This document shows, one piece after another, positions 1 through 9,541 of a stretch of DNA of 32,000 nucleotides (positions within the stretch are counted from its first letter, which is position 1; each line of letters opens with the position of its first letter). The notes beneath the pieces were generated by a model, which worked only from the letters and a program-made list of their open reading frames with translations, did no database searches and was not told the DNA's origin. Origin of the DNA: an uncultured Erysipelotrichaceae bacterium (lineage in GTDB: Bacteria; Bacillota_I; Bacilli_A; Erysipelotrichales; Erysipelotrichaceae); assembly GCA_942492995.1 (NCBI GenBank), contig OW818653.1:1320001-1352000 (forward strand). The letters are read 5' to 3'. The translations under genes and the position numbers were made by a program.

Positions 1-416
1 AATCCATAGTTTACATCGAAAGCATATGTAAGTGTAAAGGCTTGAAACATTGCTAGGAAGACTGCCACATAACGTGTAATCTTATCCATTTGTTTCTTGC
101 CTTGTTGTCCTGATTTAGCCATTTCTGACAAAGCAGGTACTACATCCATCGCTAATAATTGAATAATAATGCTCGCAGTAATATAAGGACCAACCCCCAT
201 TGCGAAGACGGAGAAACGTTGTAGTGCTCCACCTCCGAGTAGGTTCATAATCCCTAAGACTGAGTTATCTGCAACACCTGCCAACAATGCTTCAGTATCG
301 ACTAAAGGTACAGGAATACCTGCACCTAATCGAAATACAAACAACATTGCGAGTGTGAAGAAAATCTTCTTACGAATATCCTTTTGTTTAAACAGATTGA
401 CGAACATCTTGATCAT
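1..416 (-). CDS. secY: Preprotein translocase subunit SecY, N-terminal part (gene runs off the window start)
   Basis: Minus-strand ATG at 414-416, one nt after the rplO stop. My translation reads MIKMFVNLFKQKDIRKKIFFTLAMLFVFRLGAGIPVPLV..., a typical SecY N-terminus. The frame is open to the window edge, and this is the conserved position after rplO. Confidence 0.9.
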   Translation of the reverse strand, partial: MIKMFVNLFKQKDIRKKIFFTLAMLFVFRLGAGIPVPLVDTEALLAGVADNSVLGIMNLLGGGALQRFSVFAMGVGPYITASIIIQLLAMDVVPALSEMAKSGQQGKKQMDKITRYVAVFLAMFQAFTLTYAFDVNYG

Positions 417-417
417 T

Positions 418-858
418 CTAGATGACCTCTGCTTTTCCGCCTGCTTGTTCAATCAAAGTAACAGCGGACTTAGAAAATTTGTGTGCTTTAACAGTTAACT
501 TCTTTTCTAAAGTTCCAACGCCTAGGATTTTGATTCCATTATATTCTTTTTTGACTAGTCCAGTTTCGATTAACAATTCTGGGCTAACTTCTACCCCGTT
601 TTCAAAACGGTTTAGTTGTTCAACATTTACAATCGCATATTCTACACGGTGAATGTTTGTAAATCCACGTTTAGGAATACGACGGTAAATAGGAGTTTGA
701 CCCCCTTCAAATCCTAATGCCACTCCACCTCCGGAACGAGCATTTTGACCTTTGTTACCTTTACCAGCTGTTTTACCTTGTCCTGAACCTTGTCCACGAC
801 CTAAGCGCTTGCTATCTTTACGAGCGCCTTCAGTATATTTTAATTCATGTAACTTCAT
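418..858 (-). CDS. rplO: 50S ribosomal protein L15
   Basis: 146-aa ORF with the Gly/Lys-rich N-terminus [19 protein letters not shown] typical of L15. It holds the last r-protein position of the spc operon, before secY. Confidence 0.96.
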   Translation of the reverse strand: MKLHELKYTEGARKDSKRLGRGQGSGQGKTAGKGNKGQNARSGGGVALGFEGGQTPIYRRIPKRGFTNIHRVEYAIVNVEQLNRFENGVEVSPELLIETGLVKKEYNGIKILGVGTLEKKLTVKAHKFSKSAVTLIEQAGGKAEVI

Positions 859-869
859 ACAAGCCTCCT

Positions 870-1382
870 CTAAGCGCGCACTTCTTCGCGTTTTAGATCA
901 CGAAGTTTTGCGACTTGTTCTACTGTCTTTAAACTCTTTAGGGCTTCAACAGTTGCACGAACCATATTGATTGGAGTGCGTGAACCCAAACATTTAGTTA
1001 AGATATCACCTACACCAGCCAATTCAAGAACGGCACGGATTGGACCTCCAGCGATAACACCAGTACCTTCTGTAGCAGGGCGAATTAATACGGATCCTGC
1101 ACCAAAGTTACCGATAGCTGTATGAGGGATTGATGTTCCAACAATTGGAACAATGAATAAATTCTTTTTAGCATCCTCGATTGCCTTCTTAATTGCATCA
1201 GGAACTTCGTTAGCCTTGCCAGTACCAAAACCGACACGACCTTTCTTATCTCCAATAACAACTAATGCAGCAAAGCGGAAGCGGCGACCACCTTTAACAA
1301 CCTTGGTTACTCGGTTGATAACGACTACGCGTTCTTCAAATTCTTTTGGTTCTCTTTCGAATCTTCTTGGTTTACGTTCCAT
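870..1382 (-). CDS. rpsE: 30S ribosomal protein S5
   Basis: 170 aa containing [30 protein letters not shown], the S5 signature. RBS AGGAGG lies upstream, and the gene sits between rplR and rplO. Confidence 0.97.
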   Translation of the reverse strand: MERKPRRFEREPKEFEERVVVINRVTKVVKGGRRFRFAALVVIGDKKGRVGFGTGKANEVPDAIKKAIEDAKKNLFIVPIVGTSIPHTAIGNFGAGSVLIRPATEGTGVIAGGPIRAVLELAGVGDILTKCLGSRTPINMVRATVEALKSLKTVEQVAKLRDLKREEVRA

Positions 1383-1391
1383 GGCGACCTC

Positions 1392-1748
1392 CTAGAATAC
1401 AAGTCCGGCATTTCTTGCAGCATCTGCAAGCGCCTTGACTCTTCCGTGATAGAGGTATCCACCACGGTCAAACACTACATTTGTAATATTGGCTTTAAGT
1501 GCGCGTGTAGCGACCTCTGTACCTACCAAAGCAGCAGCAGCAACGTTACCGCCATTTTCTAACTTTAATTCTACACTATTTGCAGAAACTAGAGTAACAC
1601 CATTTACATCATCAATTAATTGTGCTGAAATGTGTGAATTTGAACGGAATACGTTTAAACGTGGGCGATCTGCAGTCCCAGAGACTTTAGTACGTACACG
1701 AGCATGTCTACGTTGTCTTTCTGAATTTTTTGAAACTTTTTTAAGCAT
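1392..1748 (-). CDS. rplR: 50S ribosomal protein L18
   Basis: 118 aa with an RRHARVR N-terminus and [21 protein letters not shown]-terminus, both typical of L18. The operon position fits. Confidence 0.96.
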   Translation of the reverse strand: MLKKVSKNSERQRRHARVRTKVSGTADRPRLNVFRSNSHISAQLIDDVNGVTLVSANSVELKLENGGNVAAAALVGTEVATRALKANITNVVFDRGGYLYHGRVKALADAARNAGLVF

Positions 1749-1769
1749 GAACTGGTTTCTCCTTTCCCA

Positions 1770-2315
1770 CTATTTCTTACCTGCTGTCTTTCCTTCTTTA
1801 CGGCGGACAACTTCGCCTTTATAACGGATACCCTTACCTTTATAAGGTTCAGGTTTACGAACTGCACGAATATTAGCAGCCCATTCACCAACTCTTTGTT
1901 TATCAATACCTGTAACGATGATTTCAGTTGGAGTCTTGCATTCGATTGCAATACCTTGTTCGATTTCAAATATTACTGGATGTGAATATCCAATGTTGAT
2001 AGTTAATTTAGTTCCAACAACGTTAGCACGGTAACCAATACCTACTAATTCTAATGAACGAGTAAAGCCATTGCTGACTCCTTCGATCATATTGAATAGT
2101 AATGCACGAGTTGTGCCATGAAGTTGTTTTGTATGTTTCTGTTCATTAGGACGAGAAACAGTCAAAGTTTGCTCATTTAATTCAATTCCTAGAGCTGGAT
2201 TGAATTGACGAGATAAAGTTCCTTTAGAACCTTTGACCGTCACCTCATTCCCTGGGTTGATAACTACTTCAACACCAGCAGGAACGGTAATCGCTTTATT
2301 TCCGATACGTGACAT
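1770..2315 (-). CDS. rplF: 50S ribosomal protein L6
   Basis: 181 aa with an [17 protein letters not shown] start and [13 protein letters not shown] near the C-terminus. The operon position fits. Confidence 0.96.
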   Translation of the reverse strand: MSRIGNKAITVPAGVEVVINPGNEVTVKGSKGTLSRQFNPALGIELNEQTLTVSRPNEQKHTKQLHGTTRALLFNMIEGVSNGFTRSLELVGIGYRANVVGTKLTINIGYSHPVIFEIEQGIAIECKTPTEIIVTGIDKQRVGEWAANIRAVRKPEPYKGKGIRYKGEVVRRKEGKTAGKK

Positions 2316-2330
2316 GGATGTTCCTTTCTT

Positions 2331-2729
2331 CTACCAAACGTAGGCGACAACTTCACCGCCCACATGTTGTGCGCGAGCTTGTTTGTCGGTTAGAAGTCCG
2401 TGAGAAGTTGAAACGATAGCAACGCCTAAGCCATTTAAGACTCTAGGGATACGATTAACGTCAACATAGACACGTAATCCTGGTTTAGAAATACGTTTTA
2501 AACCAGATAATACTTTTTCTTTATTTGGTCCGTATTTTAAACTGATTGTAATCATTTTAGGTAAATCACCAGTTACAACGTAACCGTTAATGAAACCTTC
2601 TTCTTTTAAAATGCGAGCAATCTCTACTTTTTCCTTGCTGGATGGTACTTCCACCACATCGTGACGCGCTTGTATAGCGTTACGTAATCTAGTAAGCATA
2701 TCCGCAATTGGATCTGTCATATTCATCAT
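2331..2729 (-). CDS. rpsH: 30S ribosomal protein S8
   Basis: Contains [14 protein letters not shown] and a GGEVVAYVW end. I place the start at the ATG at 2729 because GGAAGGAG lies 7 nt upstream. The longer track ORF to 2750 would overlap the rpsN stop. The ATG at 2726 is an alternative start. Confidence 0.95.
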   Translation of the reverse strand: MMNMTDPIADMLTRLRNAIQARHDVVEVPSSKEKVEIARILKEEGFINGYVVTGDLPKMITISLKYGPNKEKVLSGLKRISKPGLRVYVDVNRIPRVLNGLGVAIVSTSHGLLTDKQARAQHVGGEVVAYVW

Positions 2730-2743
2730 GGGTGTTCTCCTTC

Positions 2744-2929
2744 CTACCAACTAGCCTTTTTGACTCCAGGAATTTGACCTTTATAAGCCAATTCTCTGAA
2801 ACAAATACGGCATAGTTTGTATTTTTGTAATACTGAATGTGGACGTCCACAACGTTCGCAGCGAGTGTATTCACGGACTTTGAACTTTTGAGGACGATGT
2901 GCCTTAACAATTAACGATGTTTTTGCCAT
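2744..2929 (-). CDS. rpsN: 30S ribosomal protein S14, short zinc-binding (type Z) form
   Basis: 61 aa with the CERCGRP...CRICFRE four-Cys motif. It lies between rplE and rpsH. Confidence 0.95.
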   Translation of the reverse strand: MAKTSLIVKAHRPQKFKVREYTRCERCGRPHSVLQKYKLCRICFRELAYKGQIPGVKKASW

Positions 2930-2943
2930 GATTCATGTCCTCC

Positions 2944-3486
2944 TTATTTCTTTTCAAATGGCATGCCTAAACCTTTTAGTAGGGCACGACCTTCCGCGTT
3001 AGTCTTAGCGGATGTTACGATGACGATATCCATACCGCGTACACGGTTGACTTTATCAAAGTTAATTTCAGGGAAAATTAATTGTTCCTTAACCCCTAAA
3101 GTATAGTTACCACGACCATCAAAGGCATTAGCACTTACACCACGGAAGTCACGAACGCGAGGTAGAGCGATGTTAACAAGTTTGTCTAAGAACTCGTACA
3201 TCTTAACTCCTCTTAATGTAACCTTACATCCGATATCCATTCCTTCACGAAGTTTGAAGTTCGCGATGGATTTCTTCGCTTTTGTAATAACAGGCTTTTG
3301 ACCTGATAATTGAGTTAATTCAGCAACTGCTTCTTCCAATGCCTTAGCATTAGCGATCGCATCACCGATACCCATGTTAATAACGATTTTTTCTACTTTA
3401 GGAGCCTGCATAACTGAGGAATATTCAAATTCCTTCATTAAAGCAGGAACCACTACTGTTGTGTACTTTTCTTGTAAACGATTCAT
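2944..3486 (-). CDS. rplE: 50S ribosomal protein L5
   Basis: 180 aa with MNRLQEKY... and INMGIGDA motifs. The operon position fits. Confidence 0.96.
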   Translation of the reverse strand: MNRLQEKYTTVVVPALMKEFEYSSVMQAPKVEKIVINMGIGDAIANAKALEEAVAELTQLSGQKPVITKAKKSIANFKLREGMDIGCKVTLRGVKMYEFLDKLVNIALPRVRDFRGVSANAFDGRGNYTLGVKEQLIFPEINFDKVNRVRGMDIVIVTSAKTNAEGRALLKGLGMPFEKK

Positions 3487-3495
3487 GGTGCCCTC

Positions 3496-3807
3496 CTATT
3501 CCTTAGCCGCTGCTTTTTTAGCACGCGGTTTCTTTTCTTCTGCTTTTTTAGCAGGAGCCTTTTTGGCTTTTGTAGCTTTTTTTGCTTTCTCTTCGAAGAT
3601 TACTACGTTTGAAACATGAACCTTAGATTCTTTTTCAACCATACCACCGTCTGGATTGGCTTGTGTTGGCTTTAATGACTTTTTAACAAGCTTAACGCCT
3701 TCAACAATAACCTTGTCTTCCTTAGGGAAAGCTTTTAGAACTTCACCAACGGTTCCTTTGTCATCGCCAGTAATGACTTTGACTTTATCGCCTTTTTTAA
3801 TTTTCAT
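3496..3807 (-). CDS. rplX: 50S ribosomal protein L24 with a Lys/Ala-rich C-terminal tail
   Basis: [18 protein letters not shown] (KOW motif) is followed by a [30 protein letters not shown] tail. The operon position fits. Confidence 0.95.
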   Translation of the reverse strand: MKIKKGDKVKVITGDDKGTVGEVLKAFPKEDKVIVEGVKLVKKSLKPTQANPDGGMVEKESKVHVSNVVIFEEKAKKATKAKKAPAKKAEEKKPRAKKAAAKE

Positions 3808-3819
3808 TGAGCTTCCTCC

Positions 3820-4188
3820 CTATAAGACTTCAGGTGCTAACGATACAATCTTCATGAAATTTTTCTCACGAAGTTCACGCGCAACTGGTCCAAAAATACG
3901 TGTACCCTTTGGGGTTAAATCTTCTTTAATAATAACAACAGCATTGTCATCAAATTTAATATAAGTTCCGTTTTCACGACGTACGCCGTACACTGTACGA
4001 ACGACAACCGCTTTAACAACTTCACCTTTTTTAACAGATCCGCCTGGTGTTGCTTCCTTCACGGTGCACACCACAACATCACCAATACTAGAAGTTCTAC
4101 GACGAGAACCTCCTAAGCATCGAATAACCAATACTTCCTTAGCCCCTGTGTTATCAGCAACTTTACATCTTGTTTCATTTTGAATCAT
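3820..4188 (-). CDS. rplN: 50S ribosomal protein L14
   Basis: 122 aa with [18 protein letters not shown] and an APEVL end, both highly conserved in L14. Confidence 0.97.
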   Translation of the reverse strand: MIQNETRCKVADNTGAKEVLVIRCLGGSRRRTSSIGDVVVCTVKEATPGGSVKKGEVVKAVVVRTVYGVRRENGTYIKFDDNAVVIIKEDLTPKGTRIFGPVARELREKNFMKIVSLAPEVL

Positions 4189-4199
4189 GATTTGGCCTC

Positions 4200-4460
4200 C
4201 TACAACACAACGGCTTTTTGTACGACCTTAAGCAAGCGGAAGTTCTTAGTTGCAGATAGTTTACGGGTTTCCATAATTTCTACTACATCACCGATCACAG
4301 CTTGGTTTAGTTCGTCATGAGCCTTGAATTTCTTCGAATACTTAACGCGTTTAGCGTATAAAGGGTGACGTTTGGAAGTGTTAACTTCAACAACAATTGT
4401 CTTATCCATTTTATCGGAAACGACTGTTCCACGATATACTTTACGACTTGTTCTTTCCAT
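4200..4460 (-). CDS. rpsQ: 30S ribosomal protein S17
   Basis: [24 protein letters not shown]... aligns with Bacillus S17 as I remember it. The start is at the ATG at 4460, with AGGAGG 7 nt upstream. The track ORF extends upstream into rpmC, which is implausible. Confidence 0.95.
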   Translation of the reverse strand: MERTSRKVYRGTVVSDKMDKTIVVEVNTSKRHPLYAKRVKYSKKFKAHDELNQAVIGDVVEIMETRKLSATKNFRLLKVVQKAVVL

Positions 4461-4473
4461 CGTTTCTGCCCTC

Positions 4474-4671
4474 CTATTTCTTCTCACTGAGTTCGCGCTC
4501 AGTGATGACGGTTTTGATTCTCGCAATAGTCTTACGAATTTCTTTCATTCGACCAAAGTTACTTAATTGGCCCGTAGCCTTTTGAAAGCGTAGGGTGAAT
4601 AACTCTTCTTTTAAGGAATCGATTTCTTTTAGCAATTCAACATTGCTTTTTTCACGAATGTCGTTTCTCAT
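4474..4671 (-). CDS. rpmC: 50S ribosomal protein L29
   Basis: 65 aa containing [14 protein letters not shown], the L29 signature. Its start overlaps the rplP stop. Confidence 0.95.
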   Translation of the reverse strand: MRNDIREKSNVELLKEIDSLKEELFTLRFQKATGQLSNFGRMKEIRKTIARIKTVITERELSEKK

Positions 4672-5090
4672 TATAGATTCTCCTCGCCTTTCTTAACGAA
4701 ACGGGTTTTGACGGATAGTTTGTGAGAACCAAGACGTAATGCTTCACGTGCTACTTCTTCACTCACTCCACCAACTTCAAACAAGATACGTCCAGGTTGA
4801 ACAACTGCTACCCAACCTTCTGGAGCACCCTTACCACTACCCATACGTACTTCGAGTGGTTTTTTAGTGATTGCCAAGTGCGGGAATATTTTGATCCAAA
4901 CTTGACCACCACGTTTCATATAACGTGTAATTGCAATACGTGCTGATTCGATTTGACGGTTACTTACGTATGCGCCAGATTCAGCAACAATACCGTAATC
5001 ACCAAACACAACTGCACGACCTGCTTTAGAACGACCTTCATGACTAACACGGTGAGGTCTTCTAAATTTTGTACGATTAGGCATCAACAT
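4671..5090 (-). CDS. rplP: 50S ribosomal protein L16
   Basis: 139 aa with an [11 protein letters not shown] start. There is a 1-nt TAATG overlap with the rpsC stop. Confidence 0.97.
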   Translation of the reverse strand: MLMPNRTKFRRPHRVSHEGRSKAGRAVVFGDYGIVAESGAYVSNRQIESARIAITRYMKRGGQVWIKIFPHLAITKKPLEVRMGSGKGAPEGWVAVVQPGRILFEVGGVSEEVAREALRLGSHKLSVKTRFVKKGEENL

Positions 5091-5869
5091 TATTCAGCGC
5101 CCTCCTCTTTTACAGCTTCAGTAGCAGTAGCTGGAGCAGCTTTACGTGTATCAGGACGATCGTTGCGACGGTTGTTGTCACGACGAGGTTTACGATCACG
5201 AGCTTGTTCCTTAGGTGCTTCAGGTTCTTTAACCATTTCACCAGGTAATACTTCTCCACGGCAGATCCAGACTTTAACACCTAGACGACCATAAGTAGTA
5301 GCAGCTTCTGCATGAGAGTAATCGATATCAGAACGTAAAGTATGTAGAGGAACTACACCTTCGGAATAACCTTCGCTACGAGCAATATCATTACCACCTA
5401 AACGACCAGATACAAGAGTTTTAACACCCTTAGCACCTGCACGCATACATTGTTGAATTGCACGTTTTTGTGCAGTTCTGAACGATGCGCGAGCTTCTAA
5501 TTGATCAGCAATCAAACGTGCAACAAGTGTTGCGTCCAAACTTGGATTAGCAACTGCTAAGACTGTAATCTTAACTGTTTTGTCGCCAACGATCTTAGCT
5601 AAATCAACTTTTAAAGCTTCAACTTCTTTACCATCTTGTCCAATGATTTCTCCAGCCTTACCAGCACGGATAATGATTTCGACACGGTGTTTTGAACGTT
5701 CGATTTCAATTCTTGAGATAGACGCTTTCTTCAAACGTTTTCCTAGGAATTCACGAATTTTAATATCTTCTTGAAGCAATGCTCCGTATTCTTTTTCAGC
5801 GTACCAACGGGATTCCCAATCGCGGATAATCCCAACGCGTAATCCTATCGGACTTACTTTTTGACCCAT
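5090..5869 (-). CDS. rpsC: 30S ribosomal protein S3 with an extended charged C-terminal tail
   Basis: [24 protein letters not shown] start and a KH-domain core. It is 259 aa, against about 218 aa for Bacillus S3 as I remember it. Confidence 0.96.
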   Translation of the reverse strand: MGQKVSPIGLRVGIIRDWESRWYAEKEYGALLQEDIKIREFLGKRLKKASISRIEIERSKHRVEIIIRAGKAGEIIGQDGKEVEALKVDLAKIVGDKTVKITVLAVANPSLDATLVARLIADQLEARASFRTAQKRAIQQCMRAGAKGVKTLVSGRLGGNDIARSEGYSEGVVPLHTLRSDIDYSHAEAATTYGRLGVKVWICRGEVLPGEMVKEPEAPKEQARDRKPRRDNNRRNDRPDTRKAAPATATEAVKEEGAE

Positions 5870-5880
5870 GATCGTTCCTC

Positions 5881-6219
5881 CTAGTTTCTCTCAGCCACAA
5901 CGACTGTAATATGACTTGTACGTTTCAAGATTTGAGTTGCGGAACCTTTAGCACGAGGCATAAAGCGTTTCAACACAACACCTTCATCAGCGTAGCATGC
6001 TTTAACATATAATTTTTCTTCTGCTAATTGGTGATTGTTTACAGCGTTAGCAATCGCTGATTTTAATACTTTACCAATTGCATCTGATGCACTGGTAGGA
6101 GTGAACTTAAGGATAGCAGCTGCTTCCTTAATATTCTTGCCGCGAACTAAATCGAGGACAAGTCTAGCTTTACGCGGTGGGACACGAAGTGTCTTTGCTG
6201 TTGCTTTAACATCCATCAT
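5881..6219 (-). CDS. rplV: 50S ribosomal protein L22
   Basis: 112 aa; [17 protein letters not shown] is typical of L22. The operon position fits. Confidence 0.96.
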   Translation of the reverse strand: MMDVKATAKTLRVPPRKARLVLDLVRGKNIKEAAAILKFTPTSASDAIGKVLKSAIANAVNNHQLAEEKLYVKACYADEGVVLKRFMPRAKGSATQILKRTSHITVVVAERN

Positions 6220-6497
6220 TATTTACCCGCCTTCTTATCATCTGAACCATGTCCACCGTATTTACGAGTTGGAACAAACTCACCAAGTTTGTGACCAACC
6301 ATATCTTCAGTTACATAGACTGGAACGTGTTCTTTACCGTTATAAACCGCAAATGTGTGTTCGACAAATTCAGGGAAAATGGTGGAACGACGAGACCAGG
6401 TTTTAATTACTTCTCTTTTGCTTGCCGCGTTCAGTTTTTCCACTTTCTTCATCAAGTGGTCATCAACGAACGGACCCTTTTTTAAACTACGACTCAT
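6219..6497 (-). CDS. rpsS: 30S ribosomal protein S19
   Basis: 92 aa with an [15 protein letters not shown] start and the GHKLGEF motif. Confidence 0.97.
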   Translation of the reverse strand: MSRSLKKGPFVDDHLMKKVEKLNAASKREVIKTWSRRSTIFPEFVEHTFAVYNGKEHVPVYVTEDMVGHKLGEFVPTRKYGGHGSDDKKAGK

Positions 6498-6511
6498 GTG
6501 TTTCTCCTTTC

Positions 6512-7345
6512 CTACTTGTCATTACGACGTCTTACGATTAATTTAGTAGACGCTTGTTTTTTCTTACGAGTTTTAGCACCCAAGGCTTTTTTACCCCAAG
6601 GTGTCATTGGTGCGGTATGACCGATTGGGTTCTTACCTTCACCACCACCGTGTGGATGGTCAACTGGGTTCATTACTGATCCACGGACAGTCGGGCGAAC
6701 ACCCAACCAACGCATACGACCAGCTTTACCATAATTGACTAAGCTGTGGTCTTCATTACCTACAACACCAACGGTTGCACGGCAATTGCTCAAGATACGA
6801 CGTACTTCACCACTCGCTAAACGAATGATTGAATAACGGCCTTCTTGACCTAGGATTTGAGCACTGACACCAGCAGAACGTGCTATCTGTCCACCCTTAC
6901 CAGGTTTTAATTCTACGTTATGAATGACAGTACCATCAGGCATTGAGCCTAATTCCATTGCATTCCCAACTTTAACGTCAGTAGTTTTTCCACTTACAAC
7001 TTCCATTCCTACAGTTAAACCTTTAGGAGCTAAGATGTAGCGTTTTTCACCATCTGCGTAATTTAATAATGCGATATTTGACGAACGGTTAGGATCGTAC
7101 TCAATTGTTGCTACTTTAGCAATAATGATATCCTTGTTACGTTTGAAGTCGATAATACGATAGAGTCTTTTGTGACCGCCACCTTGGTGACGTGTTGTTA
7201 TACGACCGTTGTTATTACGGCCACCCTCTTTACCAAGGGATTGTAGCAATGAACGTTCTGGTTTGTTTGTTGTAATTTCATCAAACACCAAGGTTGTCAT
7301 GCCACGGCGACCAGGCGTGGTCGGCTTATACTTTTTAATCGCCAT
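6512..7345 (-). CDS. rplB: 50S ribosomal protein L2
   Basis: 277 aa with [15 protein letters not shown] and [14 protein letters not shown] motifs. Confidence 0.97.
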   Translation of the reverse strand: MAIKKYKPTTPGRRGMTTLVFDEITTNKPERSLLQSLGKEGGRNNNGRITTRHQGGGHKRLYRIIDFKRNKDIIIAKVATIEYDPNRSSNIALLNYADGEKRYILAPKGLTVGMEVVSGKTTDVKVGNAMELGSMPDGTVIHNVELKPGKGGQIARSAGVSAQILGQEGRYSIIRLASGEVRRILSNCRATVGVVGNEDHSLVNYGKAGRMRWLGVRPTVRGSVMNPVDHPHGGGEGKNPIGHTAPMTPWGKKALGAKTRKKKQASTKLIVRRRNDK

Positions 7346-7409
7346 GTGTTTCCTCCTTACGCGGGTATTTACGGAAATAGCGTAATTTCTTCCGTTGTGT
7401 GAAGACTAA

Positions 7410-7691
7410 CTAAATTAAGTTAATCTTATGTCCTGCAGCTAATTTAACGATTGCTTTACGTACAGCACTTGTAGTACCAGCGTATTTACCAACACGTTTT
7501 GCTTTTGGACGGCAGTTAAGAATGTTAACTTTTTCAACTTTTACATTGAAGATTTCTTCGATTGCAATTTTAACTTGTGTTTTATTAGAACCTCTTGCAA
7601 CTTCGAATGTAACTTTATTATCTGCATCTTGTAATTTCATGGTCTTTTCAGTAATGAGTGGACGCACGATGATGTCTCTTGCGTTAGACAT
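7410..7691 (-). CDS. rplW: 50S ribosomal protein L23
   Basis: 93 aa with [12 protein letters not shown] and [13 protein letters not shown] motifs. Its start overlaps the rplD stop. Confidence 0.95.
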   Translation of the reverse strand: MSNARDIIVRPLITEKTMKLQDADNKVTFEVARGSNKTQVKIAIEEIFNVKVEKVNILNCRPKAKRVGKYAGTTSAVRKAIVKLAAGHKINLI

Positions 7692-8320
7692 TAGGCTAAT
7701 ACCTCCCCAGCGGTTTTAACAGCCGCTTCTGTGAAGACGATCTTTGTAGCACGCATCATGTCAAACATGTTCAATCCTTCAACTGTTGTGAAGATAGCAT
7801 CAGGAATGTTTCTCATTGATAGATAAACATTATCCCAGTCTTCATTAGCGTCGAATACAAACAATGTCTTACGGCTTAAACTTAGAGCACTGTAAACATT
7901 TAAGAAATTCTTTGTCTTAGGTGCTTCGAATTTGATTTGATCAACAACTACAATCGCATTTTCAATGAATTTTTCTGATAATACAGAACGAACTGCTAAA
8001 CGTCTTACTTTACGGTTAATACGGTATGCGTATGAACGTGGAGTAGGACCGAATGCAATCCCCCCGCCTCTCCATTGTGGAGAACGGATAGAACCTTGAC
8101 GCGCGCGTCCAGTTCCTTTTTGACGCCATGGCTTACGACCACCACCGCTTACTTCGCGACGTGTCTTAACATCATGGGTACCTTGACGCATGGAAGCTCT
8201 TTGCATTAATACTGTGTCAAAGATTGCTTGTTGGTTAGGTTCAATACCGAATACCACATCCGCTAGGTCAATTGTATGAAGGGCCTTGCCTTCTTGATTT
8301 AATACTGTGATTTGTGGCAT
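7691..8320 (-). CDS. rplD: 50S ribosomal protein L4
   Basis: 209 aa containing [29 protein letters not shown], the L4 signature. Confidence 0.97.
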   Translation of the reverse strand: MPQITVLNQEGKALHTIDLADVVFGIEPNQQAIFDTVLMQRASMRQGTHDVKTRREVSGGGRKPWRQKGTGRARQGSIRSPQWRGGGIAFGPTPRSYAYRINRKVRRLAVRSVLSEKFIENAIVVVDQIKFEAPKTKNFLNVYSALSLSRKTLFVFDANEDWDNVYLSMRNIPDAIFTTVEGLNMFDMMRATKIVFTEAAVKTAGEVLA

Positions 8321-8323
8321 GGC

Positions 8324-9019
8324 TTAGTCCTCCTTAACTTCTTCTACTTTAGCTGTACGTACTAAAATTTGTTTAGCAGCGACAGATTTAACTGATTTAA
8401 CTGTTGTTTTAATAACAACGAATCCGCGTCTAGCACCAGGAACATTTCCTTTTACTAGTAGAACGTTCTTATCAGTATCAACCAAGATAACTTCTAAATT
8501 CTGGTTGGTAGTTGATAAATCACCTTCGTGCCCCGCCATGATACGTCCCTTATTAATGATCCCGTTATTACGACCGATGGTTGCTAATGAACCAGGGCTA
8601 CGGTGGAATCCTGAACCGTGTGAGTTAGGACCAGTAGTTTGGTTATTACGATAAACCGCACCCATGAATCCCTTCCCTTTTGATGTGCCTGAAATATCGA
8701 CCATCTCTCCTGCTTGGAATAGATCAGCTTTAATCACGGCACCTACTTCATATTGACTCATTTCTTCCGAACGAATTTCTCTGATGAATTTTTTAGGGCT
8801 TGTGTTAGCTTTTGCGACATGTCCGACTAATGGCTTGTTAGCACGTTGAGGTAAAACATCTTGATACCCTAACTGAACTGCAACGTAACCATCTGTTAAT
8901 TTTGTTTTCTTCTGAAGAACGACATTTGGCAATACTTCTAATACTGTTACTGGAATCAATGTTCCGTCAGTAGTAAAGACTTGCGTCATACCGAGTTTTC
9001 TTCCTAATAGTCCTTTCAT
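8324..9019 (-). CDS. rplC: 50S ribosomal protein L3
   Basis: 231 aa with an MKGLLGRKLGMTQVF start and the GKGFMG motif. It has a slightly extended C-terminus. Confidence 0.96.
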   Translation of the reverse strand: MKGLLGRKLGMTQVFTTDGTLIPVTVLEVLPNVVLQKKTKLTDGYVAVQLGYQDVLPQRANKPLVGHVAKANTSPKKFIREIRSEEMSQYEVGAVIKADLFQAGEMVDISGTSKGKGFMGAVYRNNQTTGPNSHGSGFHRSPGSLATIGRNNGIINKGRIMAGHEGDLSTTNQNLEVILVDTDKNVLLVKGNVPGARRGFVVIKTTVKSVKSVAAKQILVRTAKVEEVKED

Positions 9020-9036
9020 GATTTTTGAGCTCCTAA

Positions 9037-9348
9037 CTATAGCTTAATTTCGATATCGACGCCACTTGGTAATTCTAATCGACTTAATGCATCAATTGTA
9101 GCCGCTGAAGGCCCAACGATTTCGATTAAACGCTTGTGTGTACGAACTTCGAATTGTTCACGCGAATCTTTATATTTGTGAACCGCGCGTAATACTGTTA
9201 CTACTTGTTTTTCGGTAGGTAGTGGAACCGGTCCAATTACTTTCTTTGAACCAAAGTCATTTGCAGCATCTACAATTTTTTTAGTAGCAGCATCTAATGA
9301 TCTGTGTTCATAAGCTTTAAGACGAATACGAATACTATTCTTTGCCAT
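9037..9348 (-). CDS. rpsJ: 30S ribosomal protein S10
   Basis: 103 aa with [10 protein letters not shown] and [34 protein letters not shown] lies upstream. It is the first gene of the S10 operon. Confidence 0.97.
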   Translation of the reverse strand: MAKNSIRIRLKAYEHRSLDAATKKIVDAANDFGSKKVIGPVPLPTEKQVVTVLRAVHKYKDSREQFEVRTHKRLIEIVGPSAATIDALSRLELPSGVDIEIKL

Positions 9349-9480
9349 GAAAATCCTCCTATTTCTTGTCGCCTCTGGGTTAAACCCAATCGCTCAATCC
9401 GAATTCTCTGACTTCTCACCAATCATGACAACGCTTATCAGTGTGTCAGTAACCTCGGACGTCATTGCGTGCGCTTCAAT

Positions 9481-9509
9481 ATTATACAGCTCTGTCAAAC
9501 AAAAAGCAA
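9481..9509 (-). promoter_or_regulatory. Candidate sigma-A promoter of the S10 operon (TTGCTT-17-TATAAT), followed by a leader of about 125 nt
   Basis: The minus strand reads TTGCTT (9504-9509), a 17-nt spacer, then TATAAT (9481-9486). The -35 element lies inside the upstream terminator stem. The leader is roughly 9349-9474. Confidence 0.45.
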
Positions 9510-9532
9510 GACATTTTTGTCTCGCTTTTTTT
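9501..9532 (-). terminator. Rho-independent terminator after the citrate synthase gene
   Basis: The minus strand reads GCGAGACA-AAAA-TGTCTTGC, an 8-bp stem with one G-U pair, followed by TTTTTGTTT. It starts about 10 nt after the stop at 9542. Confidence 0.7.
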
Positions 9533-9541
9533 GTTTATTTT

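Noticed and set aside
2730-2750. N-terminal extensions in the ORF track for rpsH (to 2750), rpsQ (to 4526), rpoB (to 29712), rplJ (GTG at 31289), rplL (ATG at 30772) and gltA (GTG at 10906).
   Set aside because: In each case a downstream ATG has a properly spaced Shine-Dalgarno sequence and yields the canonical family N-terminus. The extensions overlap upstream genes or include the SD itself.
7346-7409. An unusually long (64-nt) rplW-rplB spacer containing the hairpin ACGGAA-N13-TTCCGT.
   Set aside because: The stem is only 6 bp with a 13-nt loop. There is no U-tract and no promoter-like hexamers. That is not enough to call a regulatory element.
9486-9498. A perfect TTGACA and a perfect TATAAT on the minus strand upstream of rpsJ.
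   Set aside because: The two hexamers are separated by only 6 nt, so they cannot work together as a -35/-10 pair. I used TATAAT with the weaker TTGCTT at a 17-nt spacing instead.
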